40,838 bases of DNA from Flavobacteriales bacterium (GTDB taxonomy: Bacteria; Bacteroidota; Bacteroidia; Flavobacteriales_G; NORP312). The position numbers and the translations under genes are program-made. Each line of letters starts with the position of its first letter. The first letter of the stretch is position 1. Where the stretch lies: the NCBI GenBank assembly GCA_016763645.1, contig JAESTK010000092.1, positions 1-40,838 of the forward strand, written 5' to 3'. Shown one piece after another: positions 17,350-26,744 of the stretch. Under the pieces are notes generated by a model, which was not told the origin of the DNA, ran no database searches, and was given only the letters and a program-made list of their open reading frames with translations.

Positions 17350-17430
17350 AATCTCCCTAGCCAGTCCGAATATATTCGGAGTATCCAAGAAGGATTTCTC
17401 CCTTAGAAAAGGGAGTTAGTGGGATTGATA
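17350..17430. repeat. REP/MITE-like palindromic element (family A)
   Basis: Outer imperfect IR AATCTCCCTAGC/GTTAGTGGGATT; inner hairpins TCCGAA-TATA-TTCGGA and CTCCCTT-AGAA-AAGGGAG; right part repeated at 1-29. Confidence 0.7.
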
Positions 17431-18390
17431 TTAAGAAGAAATAAACGTCAGAACCCTTTCCTCCAACCAACTTTTTCCATGAAACGCTTTTTTCGAGAGA
17501 AAACCTAAATGCCCACCATGGTTTGGGACTTCTAAATAGAAGTTGGGATTGTTTTTGGCTTCCTCAACAGGGTAACAAGAATCGGAAAGAAATGGATCAT
17601 TTTTAGAATTAATTAACAACGTTGGAATCGAAATTTTTGATAAAAACTGTTTACTACTCGATTTGGACCAGTAATCGTAAACATCCCTAAAACCATGTGC
17701 AGGAGCAGTATAGAGATTATCAAATTCATGGAAATCATTTGCTACGAGAACTTTGGAAATCTTTAATTCAACTTCCGGATGTAATCTCTTTTTCTCCAGC
17801 GCCTCTACCTTCAAGGTTTTCAAAAAACGCATCATGTACAAGAAATTTTTAGGCTTTCTGAGTTCTTCAGCCGAACCTTCTAAATCACAAGGAGCAGAAA
17901 TTGCAGCACCGAAATTTATTTTAGAATCAAGTTGTTTTGCGTTTTCGCCTAAATATTTCAAAACTACATTTCCACCAAGGCTAAATCCGATTAGCGCAAT
18001 AGTTTTATAATCAGTTTTAACGTGGTTGATAACCAAATTTAAATCGTCAGTTTTTCCGCTGTGGTAAGATGAAAAAAGGCGGTTAGGCCCTCCACTGCAA
18101 CCACGCATATTCAAACAAACAATATTCCAGCCGTTAGCGTTGAACTCTTTTGTCATCCCTTGCATATAGGTAGATGCGGAACTTCCTTCAAGCCCATGGA
18201 CAAGAACAGCAATTTTATCACTATTGGTTTTGGGAAAATCTAAATCAAGGAAATCGTTGTCGGGGGTCGAAATTCGCTCTCGGACACAAGACACGCCTTC
18301 AACTTTTCGAAAAAACCTCGCGAGTATTGTACTAGTGTGTCCCCCACGAAAAAACAAGGAAGCTTTATATGAAGAACTAAGCACGGGCAT
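17431..18390 (-). CDS. YheT-like alpha/beta hydrolase
   Basis: HGLEGSS, GFSLGGN nucleophile elbow, NDPF, HGGHLGF. Confidence 0.9.
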   Translation of the reverse strand: MPVLSSSYKASLFFRGGHTSTILARFFRKVEGVSCVRERISTPDNDFLDLDFPKTNSDKIAVLVHGLEGSSASTYMQGMTKEFNANGWNIVCLNMRGCSGGPNRLFSSYHSGKTDDLNLVINHVKTDYKTIALIGFSLGGNVVLKYLGENAKQLDSKINFGAAISAPCDLEGSAEELRKPKNFLYMMRFLKTLKVEALEKKRLHPEVELKISKVLVANDFHEFDNLYTAPAHGFRDVYDYWSKSSSKQFLSKISIPTLLINSKNDPFLSDSCYPVEEAKNNPNFYLEVPNHGGHLGFLSKKAFHGKSWLEERVLTFISS

Positions 18391-18404
18391 TTTGTTAACT
18401 GCAA

Positions 18405-19682
18405 CTAAGTTTCCCCTCCTGTTTTAGGAGGGATGTCCGAAGGACGGGGCGGCCACTTCTTAAATCTACGTTTGTTTTTGTTAAACGATTTTTTACCTCC
18501 CCCACCATGGCGGCTTTTCTTTCTGAACGAAATATCCCATTTCGGCCCCTCACTAAATCCTTCTGGCAAAGGAGATTTAGGAACTTCAGACTCGATTAAT
18601 TCTTCGATTTTATGCATCTTGTACATGTCATCTTCGTTGACAAGGGTCAAAGCTACGCCAGTTGTGTTTGCTCTAGCGGTTCGCCCAACACGATGTACAT
18701 AATCTGGAGCATCGTTGGGGACATCGTAGTTTACCACAAGGTTGATGTCTTTAATGTCTATGCCCCTACTCACAACATCTGTAGCGACTAAAACGCGTAC
18801 ACGCTTAGAACGAAATCCTAAAAGAACTTCTTCTCGTTGTTTTTGTTCGTAATCAGAAGAAATTGCCGCAACGGTGTATTTTTTACCCCGAAAGGCATTC
18901 ATAATATCAGTAACTTTTCGTTTGGTTGAAGTAAAAATAATAATGCTTTCGTATTCAGGGTTTTTATCGATGAGCTCCGTTAATAAACGAGATTTTTGAT
19001 TGTCGTAAACCAAATACGCAGCTTGTAAAACTCCCGCAGCGGGTTTAGAAATCGCCATACTAATTTCTTCGTATTCTTTATTTAATATTTTAGAAGCAAA
19101 TTCCCGAATTTTTGTCGGCATGGTTGCACTAAAGAAAAGCGATTGACGCTCTTTGGGCATTGCTTTGATGATTTTAAGAATATCATCTACAAAACCCATG
19201 TCGAGCATTCTGTCGGCTTCATCCAAAATTAAATGTTCGATGTTCGAAAAATCGACATAACCCATATTAATGTGTGACATCAGTTTTCCAGGAGTAGCGA
19301 CAACAATATCGCACCCATCAGTCAATGCAGATTTTTGCGCTTCCCAGTTTGTGCCGTCTCCACCTCCGTATATGGCGAGCGAACTCGCGCCTGTGAAGTA
19401 TGAAAAACCTTGTATTTCTTGTTCAATTTGTATGGCAAGTTCTCGCGTAGGGCAAATAACCAATGTGTTTAAACCTTTGGTCGGTCTGCTTGCCAATTTA
19501 TGAAGAACGGGTAAAATAAAGGCAGCAGTTTTTCCTGTTCCTGTTTGGGCACAGCCGATTAAATCTTTGCCGGCTAATATCTTGGGCACTGCAGCTTCTT
19601 GAATTGGTGTTGCGTCTTCGAAGCCCATATAACCAAGCCCTTCAAGGAGTTGGTCGTGTAAATTAAATTCTGTAAATTTCAA
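18405..19682 (-). CDS. DEAD-box RNA helicase
   Basis: AQTGTGKT, PTRELA, TPG, DEAD, SAT, HRVGRTAR; TTG start. Confidence 0.96.
   Translation of the reverse strand: MKFTEFNLHDQLLEGLGYMGFEDATPIQEAAVPKILAGKDLIGCAQTGTGKTAAFILPVLHKLASRPTKGLNTLVICPTRELAIQIEQEIQGFSYFTGASSLAIYGGGDGTNWEAQKSALTDGCDIVVATPGKLMSHINMGYVDFSNIEHLILDEADRMLDMGFVDDILKIIKAMPKERQSLFFSATMPTKIREFASKILNKEYEEISMAISKPAAGVLQAAYLVYDNQKSRLLTELIDKNPEYESIIIFTSTKRKVTDIMNAFRGKKYTVAAISSDYEQKQREEVLLGFRSKRVRVLVATDVVSRGIDIKDINLVVNYDVPNDAPDYVHRVGRTARANTTGVALTLVNEDDMYKMHKIEELIESEVPKSPLPEGFSEGPKWDISFRKKSRHGGGGKKSFNKNKRRFKKWPPRPSDIPPKTGGET
18413..18454. repeat. REP-like element (family B) inside the helicase 3' end
   Basis: CCCCTCCT-GTTTT-AGGAGGG ATG TCC-GAA-GGA CGGGGCGGCC; related to 297-344. 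Confidence 0.65.
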
Positions 19683-20179
19683 ATGTTGTTGGTAATAGTT
19701 AGATCGAGATTCTTATAAAAACCCAAATCTTGATTGGTAAATAACTTTGTTAGTAGTGCAATTTGCCCTACATGATACGAATAATGTTCGACAACGTGAA
19801 TAATTATTCCTGTCCCCGATAATTCAAACCCTTGAACGAGCCTTTTTCGATTTAGTTCGGGTTCGGAAACCGTATTGATTATTTCTGTGGCTTTTTGAGT
19901 GCATTTTTTTATTCTAGAAAGCAATTCTGCTTTTGTTAAATTTTGGTTCTCAGTAAATTCTTCATTACGATTTCTGTTGTCTTTTTCTTCTCCCAACGAA
20001 GAATGAATATATTGCGTAATGTTGCCCTCTAAATGTAAAATGAGGTTGCCGATTGAGGTTATTTCTTGATTCGGGGGTTTCCAAATTAGCTCTTCGCTTA
20101 ACCTCCCAAGACAAACCCCTATCCGTTCCGTGTTTTCGTTTATCCGAAAAATTGATTGTTGTTTAAAGTCGGAGAGCAT
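19679..20179 (-). CDS. DinB/DUF1572-family protein
   Basis: SIGNLILHLEGN, RNRNEEF, HVVEHYSYHVGQI His triad. Confidence 0.88.
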   Translation of the reverse strand: MLSDFKQQSIFRINENTERIGVCLGRLSEELIWKPPNQEITSIGNLILHLEGNITQYIHSSLGEEKDNRNRNEEFTENQNLTKAELLSRIKKCTQKATEIINTVSEPELNRKRLVQGFELSGTGIIIHVVEHYSYHVGQIALLTKLFTNQDLGFYKNLDLTITNNI

Positions 20180-20184
20180 TCGTG

Positions 20185-21315
20185 CTAATCGTGCTTTAGG
20201 ATAAAGTCCGTGTAGTTATTTGGTGTAATCATCTGGGTGATCGCATCGGGATAGCTATTGGTAAAAGCGCGGGTTATTTTTCCTTTTCCGTTTGGATTCC
20301 ACTTAAACTCATAGGCGAAAAGCTGACCGTCTGTTTCCTCTAAATAATCAACTTCTTGTTGAGCAAGTGTTCGCCAGAAATATCGATTTACCCAACGCTT
20401 GTTGTAGTCGTTGAATTTCATTCGTTCAGAAATCATAAAATTTTCCCACAACGCTCCCATATCTTGGCGTAAATCAACATGCTGAAAATTCGCAATCAAA
20501 GCGTTTCGAATCCCGTTATCGTAGAAATAGACCTTCCTCGTTTTTTTAAGTTCTGTTCTTAAGTTCCGATTAAAGGTACCTAATCGAAACACGATATATG
20601 CCTGTTCTAGCAATTGAATATACGACTCAACGGTCGCGCTATCTAACCCTACGGTTTGACCAAGTTCGTTGTACGAAACTTGATTACCGACTTGAAAAGA
20701 AAGAGCCTTGAGTAGTTTTATGATTTTGTCACTTTTCTGAATTTTGTTCCACGTTAATAAATCTTTGTATAGATAACTATCTGAGAGCTGTTTTAGAACT
20801 TCTTTTTCGTTTCCTTCTGCGGTAACAACTTCAGGGTAATAGCCATAAACTAATCGATGATTTAATAATCTTTTTTCAGTCAATAGGCCATGATGGTTTA
20901 CCATTTCTTCAAAAGAAATAGGGTGCATTTTGTATTCCCACTTTCGACCAGTTAACGGTTCGTTAATTTCGTTTGCTAACTCGAAAGCAGAAGAGCCCGT
21001 TACGATTAGTTGGACATCTTTAATTTGGTCGGTGATTAACTTGAGCTTAACACCAATGTCTTTTATACGTTGCGCTTCGTCAATCACAAGAATTTTCGCG
21101 GAACCAAACTCCTTTTTTAAAAATGCTGAATTGGGGCTGCCGAATAAGGCTCTTACATCTTGTTCGTCTGCATTTAGCCAACGAAAATCATCATATTCAT
21201 TTGCAAAACGCTCTAAGAGGGTAGTTTTACCTACCTGCCTCGGACCAATTAGTACGATTACCTTACCGTCAAACAGTTTTTCTTTAATTATTGAATGTAA
21301 AACACGTGCAATCAT
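20185..21315 (-). CDS. AAA_14 ATPase with DUF4143 (PD-(D/E)xK-like) C-terminus
   Basis: GPRQVGKT, IDEAQ, TGSS, LTGR, KVYFYDNG, EVDY...AYEFK. Confidence 0.9.
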   Translation of the reverse strand: MIARVLHSIIKEKLFDGKVIVLIGPRQVGKTTLLERFANEYDDFRWLNADEQDVRALFGSPNSAFLKKEFGSAKILVIDEAQRIKDIGVKLKLITDQIKDVQLIVTGSSAFELANEINEPLTGRKWEYKMHPISFEEMVNHHGLLTEKRLLNHRLVYGYYPEVVTAEGNEKEVLKQLSDSYLYKDLLTWNKIQKSDKIIKLLKALSFQVGNQVSYNELGQTVGLDSATVESYIQLLEQAYIVFRLGTFNRNLRTELKKTRKVYFYDNGIRNALIANFQHVDLRQDMGALWENFMISERMKFNDYNKRWVNRYFWRTLAQQEVDYLEETDGQLFAYEFKWNPNGKGKITRAFTNSYPDAITQMITPNNYTDFILKHD

Positions 21316-21343
21316 TTATCAAAAGTAGAATAAATAATCCAAT

Positions 21344-21418
21344 AATAAGTAGTTATTTTCGGAATGAAATCGAAAAATAAGTAGTTATTTTCGGAATGAA
21401 ATCGAAAAATAAGTAGTT
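21344..21418. repeat. 32-bp tandem repeat, ~2.3 copies (AATAAGTAGTTATTTTCGGAATGAAATCGAAA)
   Basis: Units start at 21344, 21376 and 21408 (partial); the first two are identical. Confidence 0.9.
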
Positions 21419-21452
21419 TTTACTCAGAATAGACCCAACTTGTGGGGTAAAA

Positions 21453-22238
21453 TTATAGCATTAAGTTAAACCCTCGATCTTTGTTTTTTATCTTTTCCAA
21501 CTCATTTTCGTAAAACTTGATGTGCTGTTGACAGACAAAGTTTTGAAAAACTTCTGGATTCTCTTTGTCCTCAGTTTCGTTAAGCGCATCAATGTATTCT
21601 GCGCGGTCTTCGGTAAATATTTTAATAAGCGGTTCGTTGTGGTAAAACTGAATGTAGTTCATAAACAGGCGAGCAGCTCTTCCATTGCCATCACCGAAAG
21701 GATGGATATTAACCAAATTGTAGTGAACATCTGCTGACAGCTTCAAAATGTCGTTGCCAGAAACAGTGTCAATTTTGGCATTTGCACTTTCAATCAGTGA
21801 ATTTAGCAGCGGCTCAACTTTTTTAAAGTCTGGAAAATATTTTTTATCAACGTAAACCTGCGCCAAACGAATATCCCCACTCGAAGTATCAAAAGTTCCC
21901 GACATTGTATTTACTTCTCCACCGGTGTTTTTCATTACTAGACCTCCAATTTCTTTGACAAAATCGATAGATAACTTTCTTTTTTTTGTGGCTTCTTGCT
22001 TGAGAAAAAGTAATGCGGCAAAGTGGTCTTTAACCATTAAGTGGTCTGTTAAAGGCTTGCCTTTTGCAGTAATATCGTTTTGCAACAATACTTTGGTATC
22101 GCTTTCTGACAGCGAACAACCTTCAATTTTTGTAGAGTTATAAACGATAGAAATCATCGAAAACTTTTCGTAGTCAATTACCTCGCTTAAATTTAAGGCA
22201 AGGTATTTCTTTCGTAGCAGTTGCACTTTATTCCACAC
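21453..22238 (-). CDS. Fic family protein (class II, N-terminal inhibitory motif)
   Basis: HPFGDGNGRAAR catalytic motif; STKIEG inhibitory motif; GTG start. Confidence 0.92.
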   Translation of the reverse strand: MWNKVQLLRKKYLALNLSEVIDYEKFSMISIVYNSTKIEGCSLSESDTKVLLQNDITAKGKPLTDHLMVKDHFAALLFLKQEATKKRKLSIDFVKEIGGLVMKNTGGEVNTMSGTFDTSSGDIRLAQVYVDKKYFPDFKKVEPLLNSLIESANAKIDTVSGNDILKLSADVHYNLVNIHPFGDGNGRAARLFMNYIQFYHNEPLIKIFTEDRAEYIDALNETEDKENPEVFQNFVCQQHIKFYENELEKIKNKDRGFNLML

Positions 22239-22459
22239 AAGGCAAAGGTAAGAGATTTATTTTTTCTCGTATAACTTGCTCCGACCCCAGGGCAAACGCA
22301 TTTAAATTTTCAGGAGAGTTTCTAGGTAGAGATTATCCCATCCGCATTCCATTGCTCTTTACGTAAAACCCATAAACCACTCGGCACAATTTTTGCTAAA
22401 AACCAAGTTTATAATTCGCGCATTAGCGGCTAACATAATAAAAGTCTAATTTTGCTTTA

Positions 22460-25400
22460 GTGTCAAACGGTTCATCAACATATAGCGAGTTAATTTCCAA
22501 ACTCGATGAATTTATCCGTAGGTTTTACAAAAACCAACTGATAAAAGGCACGATATATTCGTTGGCTCTGCTCCTCTCCTATTTTCTGTTAACCGTATTG
22601 GTCGATTTTGTTGGCGAGTTCGAAACAACCCTCCGAACTGTTTTATTTTATGGGTTAATTTTAGCGTCAACAGCTACTGTTGTTAAATTTCTATTAGTTC
22701 CTGGGGCGAAATTATTCAACATGGGTGACGGACTTTCGCATGACGAAGCTGCAAAAATTATTGGCTCTCATTTTTCTTCTGTGCAAGACAAATTGTTAAA
22801 CGTACTTCAGTTAAAACAGCTTAGCGACACCAATAATTCTGAGTTGTTGTATGCGAGTATCGATCAAAAGGTAATGGAAATTAATCCTGTTCCTTTTGCT
22901 GCGGAAATCGATTTTTCGGAAAACAAAAAGTATTTACGTTTTGCCCTCCCTCCTGTTTTCGTCCTATTGTTGTTGTTTATTGTTACGCCAAACATTCTAA
23001 AACAAGGGACCGAAAGGTTGGTGAACCATACGCAACATTTTGCGCCAACTGCCCCGTTTACTTTTACAATAAGTAACGAAAGCCTCAGCGCAATTAAAGG
23101 AGAAAACTTTACAATTAATGTTTCCGTTAATGGGCAGGAATTACCCAACAACGCTTTTGTAGAAATAAATGGAAGTCAGTTTCGGTTAAAAAAAGTATCA
23201 AAAACAGAGTTCAGTTACACCATAAAAAACATTCAAGAAAATACCGACTTTAGAATTACAGCCGATGGATTTTATTCTGAAGCACAACAAATAAATGTTG
23301 TTCCTCAGCCCCTTTTGCTTGGGTTTAATATCAAATTGAATTATCCGAAGTACATCAAGCGAGAAAACAGTTCGCTAAACAACACCGGAGACATGGTTGT
23401 TCCCGAAGGAACGGAAGCCGTTTGGACGTTTACAACAAAAGACGCAGACAAATTGCGATTAACGTTTGCGGACACCTCTTTTGTTGTAGAACAGTCAGCA
23501 AAGGGAACTTACAAATACGTTGAACGGATAAGAAAAAGCAATAATTATTTTGTTTCAACGAGTAATGAATTTATGCGCAGTAAAGACTCTGTAATGTATT
23601 CCATAAGTGTTGTTCCAGATCAGTATCCATCAATCGAAGTTGAAGAACAAGTCGATTCGTTATCTAGTAAGCGAATCTATTTTAGGGGAAACATTAAGGA
23701 TGATTATGGGTTATCGAAAATGACGTTTAACTACAAGTTTAATGGCTCCGATTCCGTTTCGCCAAAGGAGTTGATTGTCGAACCTATTTTGGTAAATAAA
23801 ACTACGCAAGATTATTTTTTTCATTATTGGGATATTAGTGATTTGCCCGTTTCAGCGGGTGACCAAATTGAATATTATTTCGAGGTGTGGGACAATGATG
23901 GGATTAATGGAAGCAAATCTACTAAGTCAACGAAAATGATTTTTAAAGCTCCAACGCTTGATCAGTTAGCTGAGCAAAATGATAAAAGTAGCGAAGAAAT
24001 TAAAGAAAAACTGGAAGAAAGCTTGAAAGATGCGAAAGAAATTCAGGAAGATTTAGAGAAGTTTCAAAAGAAATTGTTGGAGAAAAAAGAGCTTTCATGG
24101 GAAGATAAAAAGCGGCTAGAAGAACTACTCGAAAAGCAAAAAAAGCTGGAGAAGAATATCGAAAAGGTAAAGCAAGAAAATCAGCAAATGCAAAACGAGC
24201 AAAGTGAATACAAAGAGCAAGAAGAACGGATTGTAGAAAAACAAAAACAGATTCAAGAACTGTTTGAACAGGTGATGACGGACGAAATGAAAGAAATGTT
24301 CAAAGAGTTGGAAGAAATGATGGAGAAACTCAACAAAGAAGAGTTGCAAGAAAAATTGCAAGAAATGAAGTTAACCAACAAAGACATCGAAAAAGAGCTG
24401 GACAGGACGTTGGAAACCTTCAAACAAATGGAATTTGAAATGAAGCTCGAAGAAACAATCGAGAAGTTAGATGAACTAGCCAAAGAGCAGAAAGAACTGG
24501 CTGAAGAAACAAAAGAGAAAGATGCAGATAAAGAAGATCTAAAAGAAAAGCAGCAAGAGATTAAAGAGAAGTTTGAGGAATTGCAAAAAGATATGGATGA
24601 GTTAGCTGAGAAAAATGAAGAGCTCGAAAATTCACACAAGATGCCCGATACAGAACAAGAAGAACAAGAAGCTAAAAAACAAATGGAAGAGAGCTCAGAA
24701 GAGTTGAGCGAAGGTAAAAAGAAGAAAGCTTCAGAAAGCCAACAAAGTGCTGGAGACGAAATGCAAAAGATGTCCGAAAAACTGCAAAACATGCAGCAAG
24801 AAATGCAAGAGAAACAAGCAGAAGACATAGAGGCATTGCGACAATTGCGTGACAACCTCATAGCCCTATCGTTCGATCAAGAACAACTGATGAAAGAAGT
24901 AAAAACGATAAAAAACCATAGTCCGTATTATGTCGAGTTGATTCAGCGGCAAAAAAAACTATCTGATGACGCAAAAATGGTTGAAGATTCATTGTTCGCG
25001 CTTAGCAAACGCCAACCCAAAATCCGATCGGTTGTAAACCGAGAAATGACTCAAATTAATGAGAACATCGAAAAATCTATCGATTTACTGAGTAACCACA
25101 ATCCACCAAAAAGATTTAATCAATATATTGCTGAGGCAGCAGGACGGGAGCAATACATCATGACCTCTCTAAACAATTTGGCACTGATGCTCGATGAGGC
25201 AATTCAGCAAATGCAGCAACAAATGTCTGAGCAAAAATTTGGAGATAAAAGTTGTTCTAAACCAGGAAACAGTAGCCAGCCTAAGCCAGGCAGCATGAAA
25301 AAAATGCAGAAAAGCTTGAGCAAGCAGATGGAGCAACTCAAAAAAGAAATGGAAGCAGGGAAAAAGCCAGGGCAAAAACCTAATGGCTCATCTCCAGGAG

Positions 25401-25852
25401 GAGGAATGAGTAAAAAGCTTGCTGAACTTGCTGCACAACAAGAAGCATTGCGAAACGAAGTTCAAAAGATTGCCGACAAAATGGGTAGAGAAGGAGAAAA
25501 CGAAGGCGAGGGAGAAGGGAAAGGAGGCAAAGGAAATCTCGAAAAACTAGCCGAGATGATGGAAGAAAACGAGAAAGACATCGTTAATAAAAATATTACG
25601 CAAGAAACAATTCGCAGACAAAGAGACATCATGACACGACTTTTAGAGCATGAAAAAGCCGAGCGAGAACGAGAGTTTGACGAGAAAAGACAATCGCAAG
25701 AAGCAAAAAATCAAGAAATTAGTAACCCTTCAGAATTTTTTGAGTATAACATCATGAAACAAAAGGAGGCAGAGCTGCTAAGAACAGTTCCGCCAACAAT
25801 GAACAGTTTCTACAAGAACAAGGTAAATGAGTATTTTAATCAAGTAGAGTAA
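22460..25852 (+). CDS. DUF4175-family membrane-anchored coiled-coil protein
   Basis: N-terminal TM helices, Ig-like middle, DDYGL, YYFEVWDNDG, long E/K/Q coiled coil, YK.KV..YF C-terminus. Confidence 0.85.
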   Translation: MSNGSSTYSELISKLDEFIRRFYKNQLIKGTIYSLALLLSYFLLTVLVDFVGEFETTLRTVLFYGLILASTATVVKFLLVPGAKLFNMGDGLSHDEAAKIIGSHFSSVQDKLLNVLQLKQLSDTNNSELLYASIDQKVMEINPVPFAAEIDFSENKKYLRFALPPVFVLLLLFIVTPNILKQGTERLVNHTQHFAPTAPFTFTISNESLSAIKGENFTINVSVNGQELPNNAFVEINGSQFRLKKVSKTEFSYTIKNIQENTDFRITADGFYSEAQQINVVPQPLLLGFNIKLNYPKYIKRENSSLNNTGDMVVPEGTEAVWTFTTKDADKLRLTFADTSFVVEQSAKGTYKYVERIRKSNNYFVSTSNEFMRSKDSVMYSISVVPDQYPSIEVEEQVDSLSSKRIYFRGNIKDDYGLSKMTFNYKFNGSDSVSPKELIVEPILVNKTTQDYFFHYWDISDLPVSAGDQIEYYFEVWDNDGINGSKSTKSTKMIFKAPTLDQLAEQNDKSSEEIKEKLEESLKDAKEIQEDLEKFQKKLLEKKELSWEDKKRLEELLEKQKKLEKNIEKVKQENQQMQNEQSEYKEQEERIVEKQKQIQELFEQVMTDEMKEMFKELEEMMEKLNKEELQEKLQEMKLTNKDIEKELDRTLETFKQMEFEMKLEETIEKLDELAKEQKELAEETKEKDADKEDLKEKQQEIKEKFEELQKDMDELAEKNEELENSHKMPDTEQEEQEAKKQMEESSEELSEGKKKKASESQQSAGDEMQKMSEKLQNMQQEMQEKQAEDIEALRQLRDNLIALSFDQEQLMKEVKTIKNHSPYYVELIQRQKKLSDDAKMVEDSLFALSKRQPKIRSVVNREMTQINENIEKSIDLLSNHNPPKRFNQYIAEAAGREQYIMTSLNNLALMLDEAIQQMQQQMSEQKFGDKSCSKPGNSSQPKPGSMKKMQKSLSKQMEQLKKEMEAGKKPGQKPNGSSPGGGMSKKLAELAAQQEALRNEVQKIADKMGREGENEGEGEGKGGKGNLEKLAEMMEENEKDIVNKNITQETIRRQRDIMTRLLEHEKAEREREFDEKRQSQEAKNQEISNPSEFFEYNIMKQKEAELLRTVPPTMNSFYKNKVNEYFNQVE

Positions 25853-25855
25853 GTC

Positions 25856-26272
25856 ATGATAGCAATGGAAACACAAGAAATTCAAATTAGCTCAAAAACA
25901 GAAAACTTAACTGTTGTTGAGGCCCTTGTTGACGAAGTTTGTGAGGAATTTAAAATTAATGAGGACTATTACGGAAATATTTTAATTGCTCTTACCGAAG
26001 CAGTAACTAACGCTATACAGCACGGGAATAAGTATGACCCGGAAAAGAGTATTGACCTTCAATTTGTGCCCAACGAAAAAGAATTAACGTTCACGGTGAA
26101 AGATCAAGGGGCAGGTTTCGATTTCGATAATTTACCCGACCCAACAGAGCCAGAAAATATTGAAAAACCACACGGTCGTGGAATTTATTTAATGAAACAC
26201 CTAGCTGATAAAGTTGAGTTTTCAGATAACGGCAGAGCTGTAGAATTGAATTTCGCTATCAGCGCAAACTAA
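25856..26272 (+). CDS. RsbW-like anti-sigma factor / Ser kinase (HATPase_c_2)
   Basis: EAVTNAIQHGN, VKDQGAGFD, GRGIYLM. Confidence 0.9.
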   Translation: MIAMETQEIQISSKTENLTVVEALVDEVCEEFKINEDYYGNILIALTEAVTNAIQHGNKYDPEKSIDLQFVPNEKELTFTVKDQGAGFDFDNLPDPTEPENIEKPHGRGIYLMKHLADKVEFSDNGRAVELNFAISAN

Positions 26273-26297
26273 ATATCAACCACCTTATTTTTTTACC

Positions 26298-26714
26298 GTG
26301 ATTCGCTTCCACTGCGAGGACATTTCCTACAACCTTCCCAATAAGATTGCAACTAGAAACTGGTTGTTGCAGCTAATTAAAAACGAGGGTTTTAAAAGTA
26401 ACGACATTAATTTTATTTTCACTTCTGACGAGTATCTCCTAGAGGTAAATAAGAAATACCTTAAACACGATTATTATACCGATGTAATTACGTTTGATTA
26501 TAGTGAGAATGGCCTCATTGGTGGGGATATTTTTTTGAGTTTAGATAGAATCAAAGAAAATGCCAAGACACTTAAAATCAATAAGTTAAACGAAATAAAT
26601 CGTGTTCTCGCTCACGGCACATTGCACTTGTGCGGATATAGAGACAAAACCAAACAAGACAAAGAGCAAATGACCGCCAAGGAAGATTATTACCTATCTT
26701 TGCGCACCTTTTAG
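26298..26714 (+). CDS. ybeY: rRNA maturation RNase YbeY
   Basis: TDVITF, GDIFLS, HGTLHLCGY. Confidence 0.93.
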   Translation: MIRFHCEDISYNLPNKIATRNWLLQLIKNEGFKSNDINFIFTSDEYLLEVNKKYLKHDYYTDVITFDYSENGLIGGDIFLSLDRIKENAKTLKINKLNEINRVLAHGTLHLCGYRDKTKQDKEQMTAKEDYYLSLRTF

Positions 26715-26720
26715 AAAAAA

Positions 26721-26736
26721 TGTTCCACGTGAAACA
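26721..26736. promoter_or_regulatory. parS centromere site TGTTCCACGTGAAACA
   Basis: Matches the parS consensus TGTTNCACGTGAAACA; lies between a -7 element (26695-26702) and the mnmG ATG. Confidence 0.9.
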
Positions 26737-26744
26737 AATATACA

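Noticed and set aside
17295-17351. 19-aa N-terminal extension of the DUF2490 ORF in the ORF track (likewise 11012-11059 for speD)
   Set aside because: It corresponds to duplicated promoter DNA (or overlaps the upstream gene); downstream ATGs at 17294 and 11011 fit better
20745-20760. parS-like TGTTCCACGTTAATAA
   Set aside because: Only one half-site matches; it lies within a CDS and is likely chance
21344-21418. Possible CRISPR array (32-bp repeats)
   Set aside because: Units are directly adjacent with no spacers, and there are no cas genes
22239-22459. oriC or a GNAT pseudogene fragment (minus-strand WDNLYLETL) in the divergent intergenic region
   Set aside because: No DnaA-box cluster or unwinding repeats visible; the peptide similarity is too short to support
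24125-25375. Minus-strand ORFs (78, 202 and 68 aa) within DUF4175
   Set aside because: Antisense shadows of an E/K/Q coiled-coil region; the same applies to the other short ORFs nested in long genes
26298-26714. YbeY lacks the third His of HxxxHxxGYDH (has GYRD)
   Set aside because: As I recall, this His-to-Asp variant is usual in Bacteroidota YbeY, so it is not evidence of inactivation
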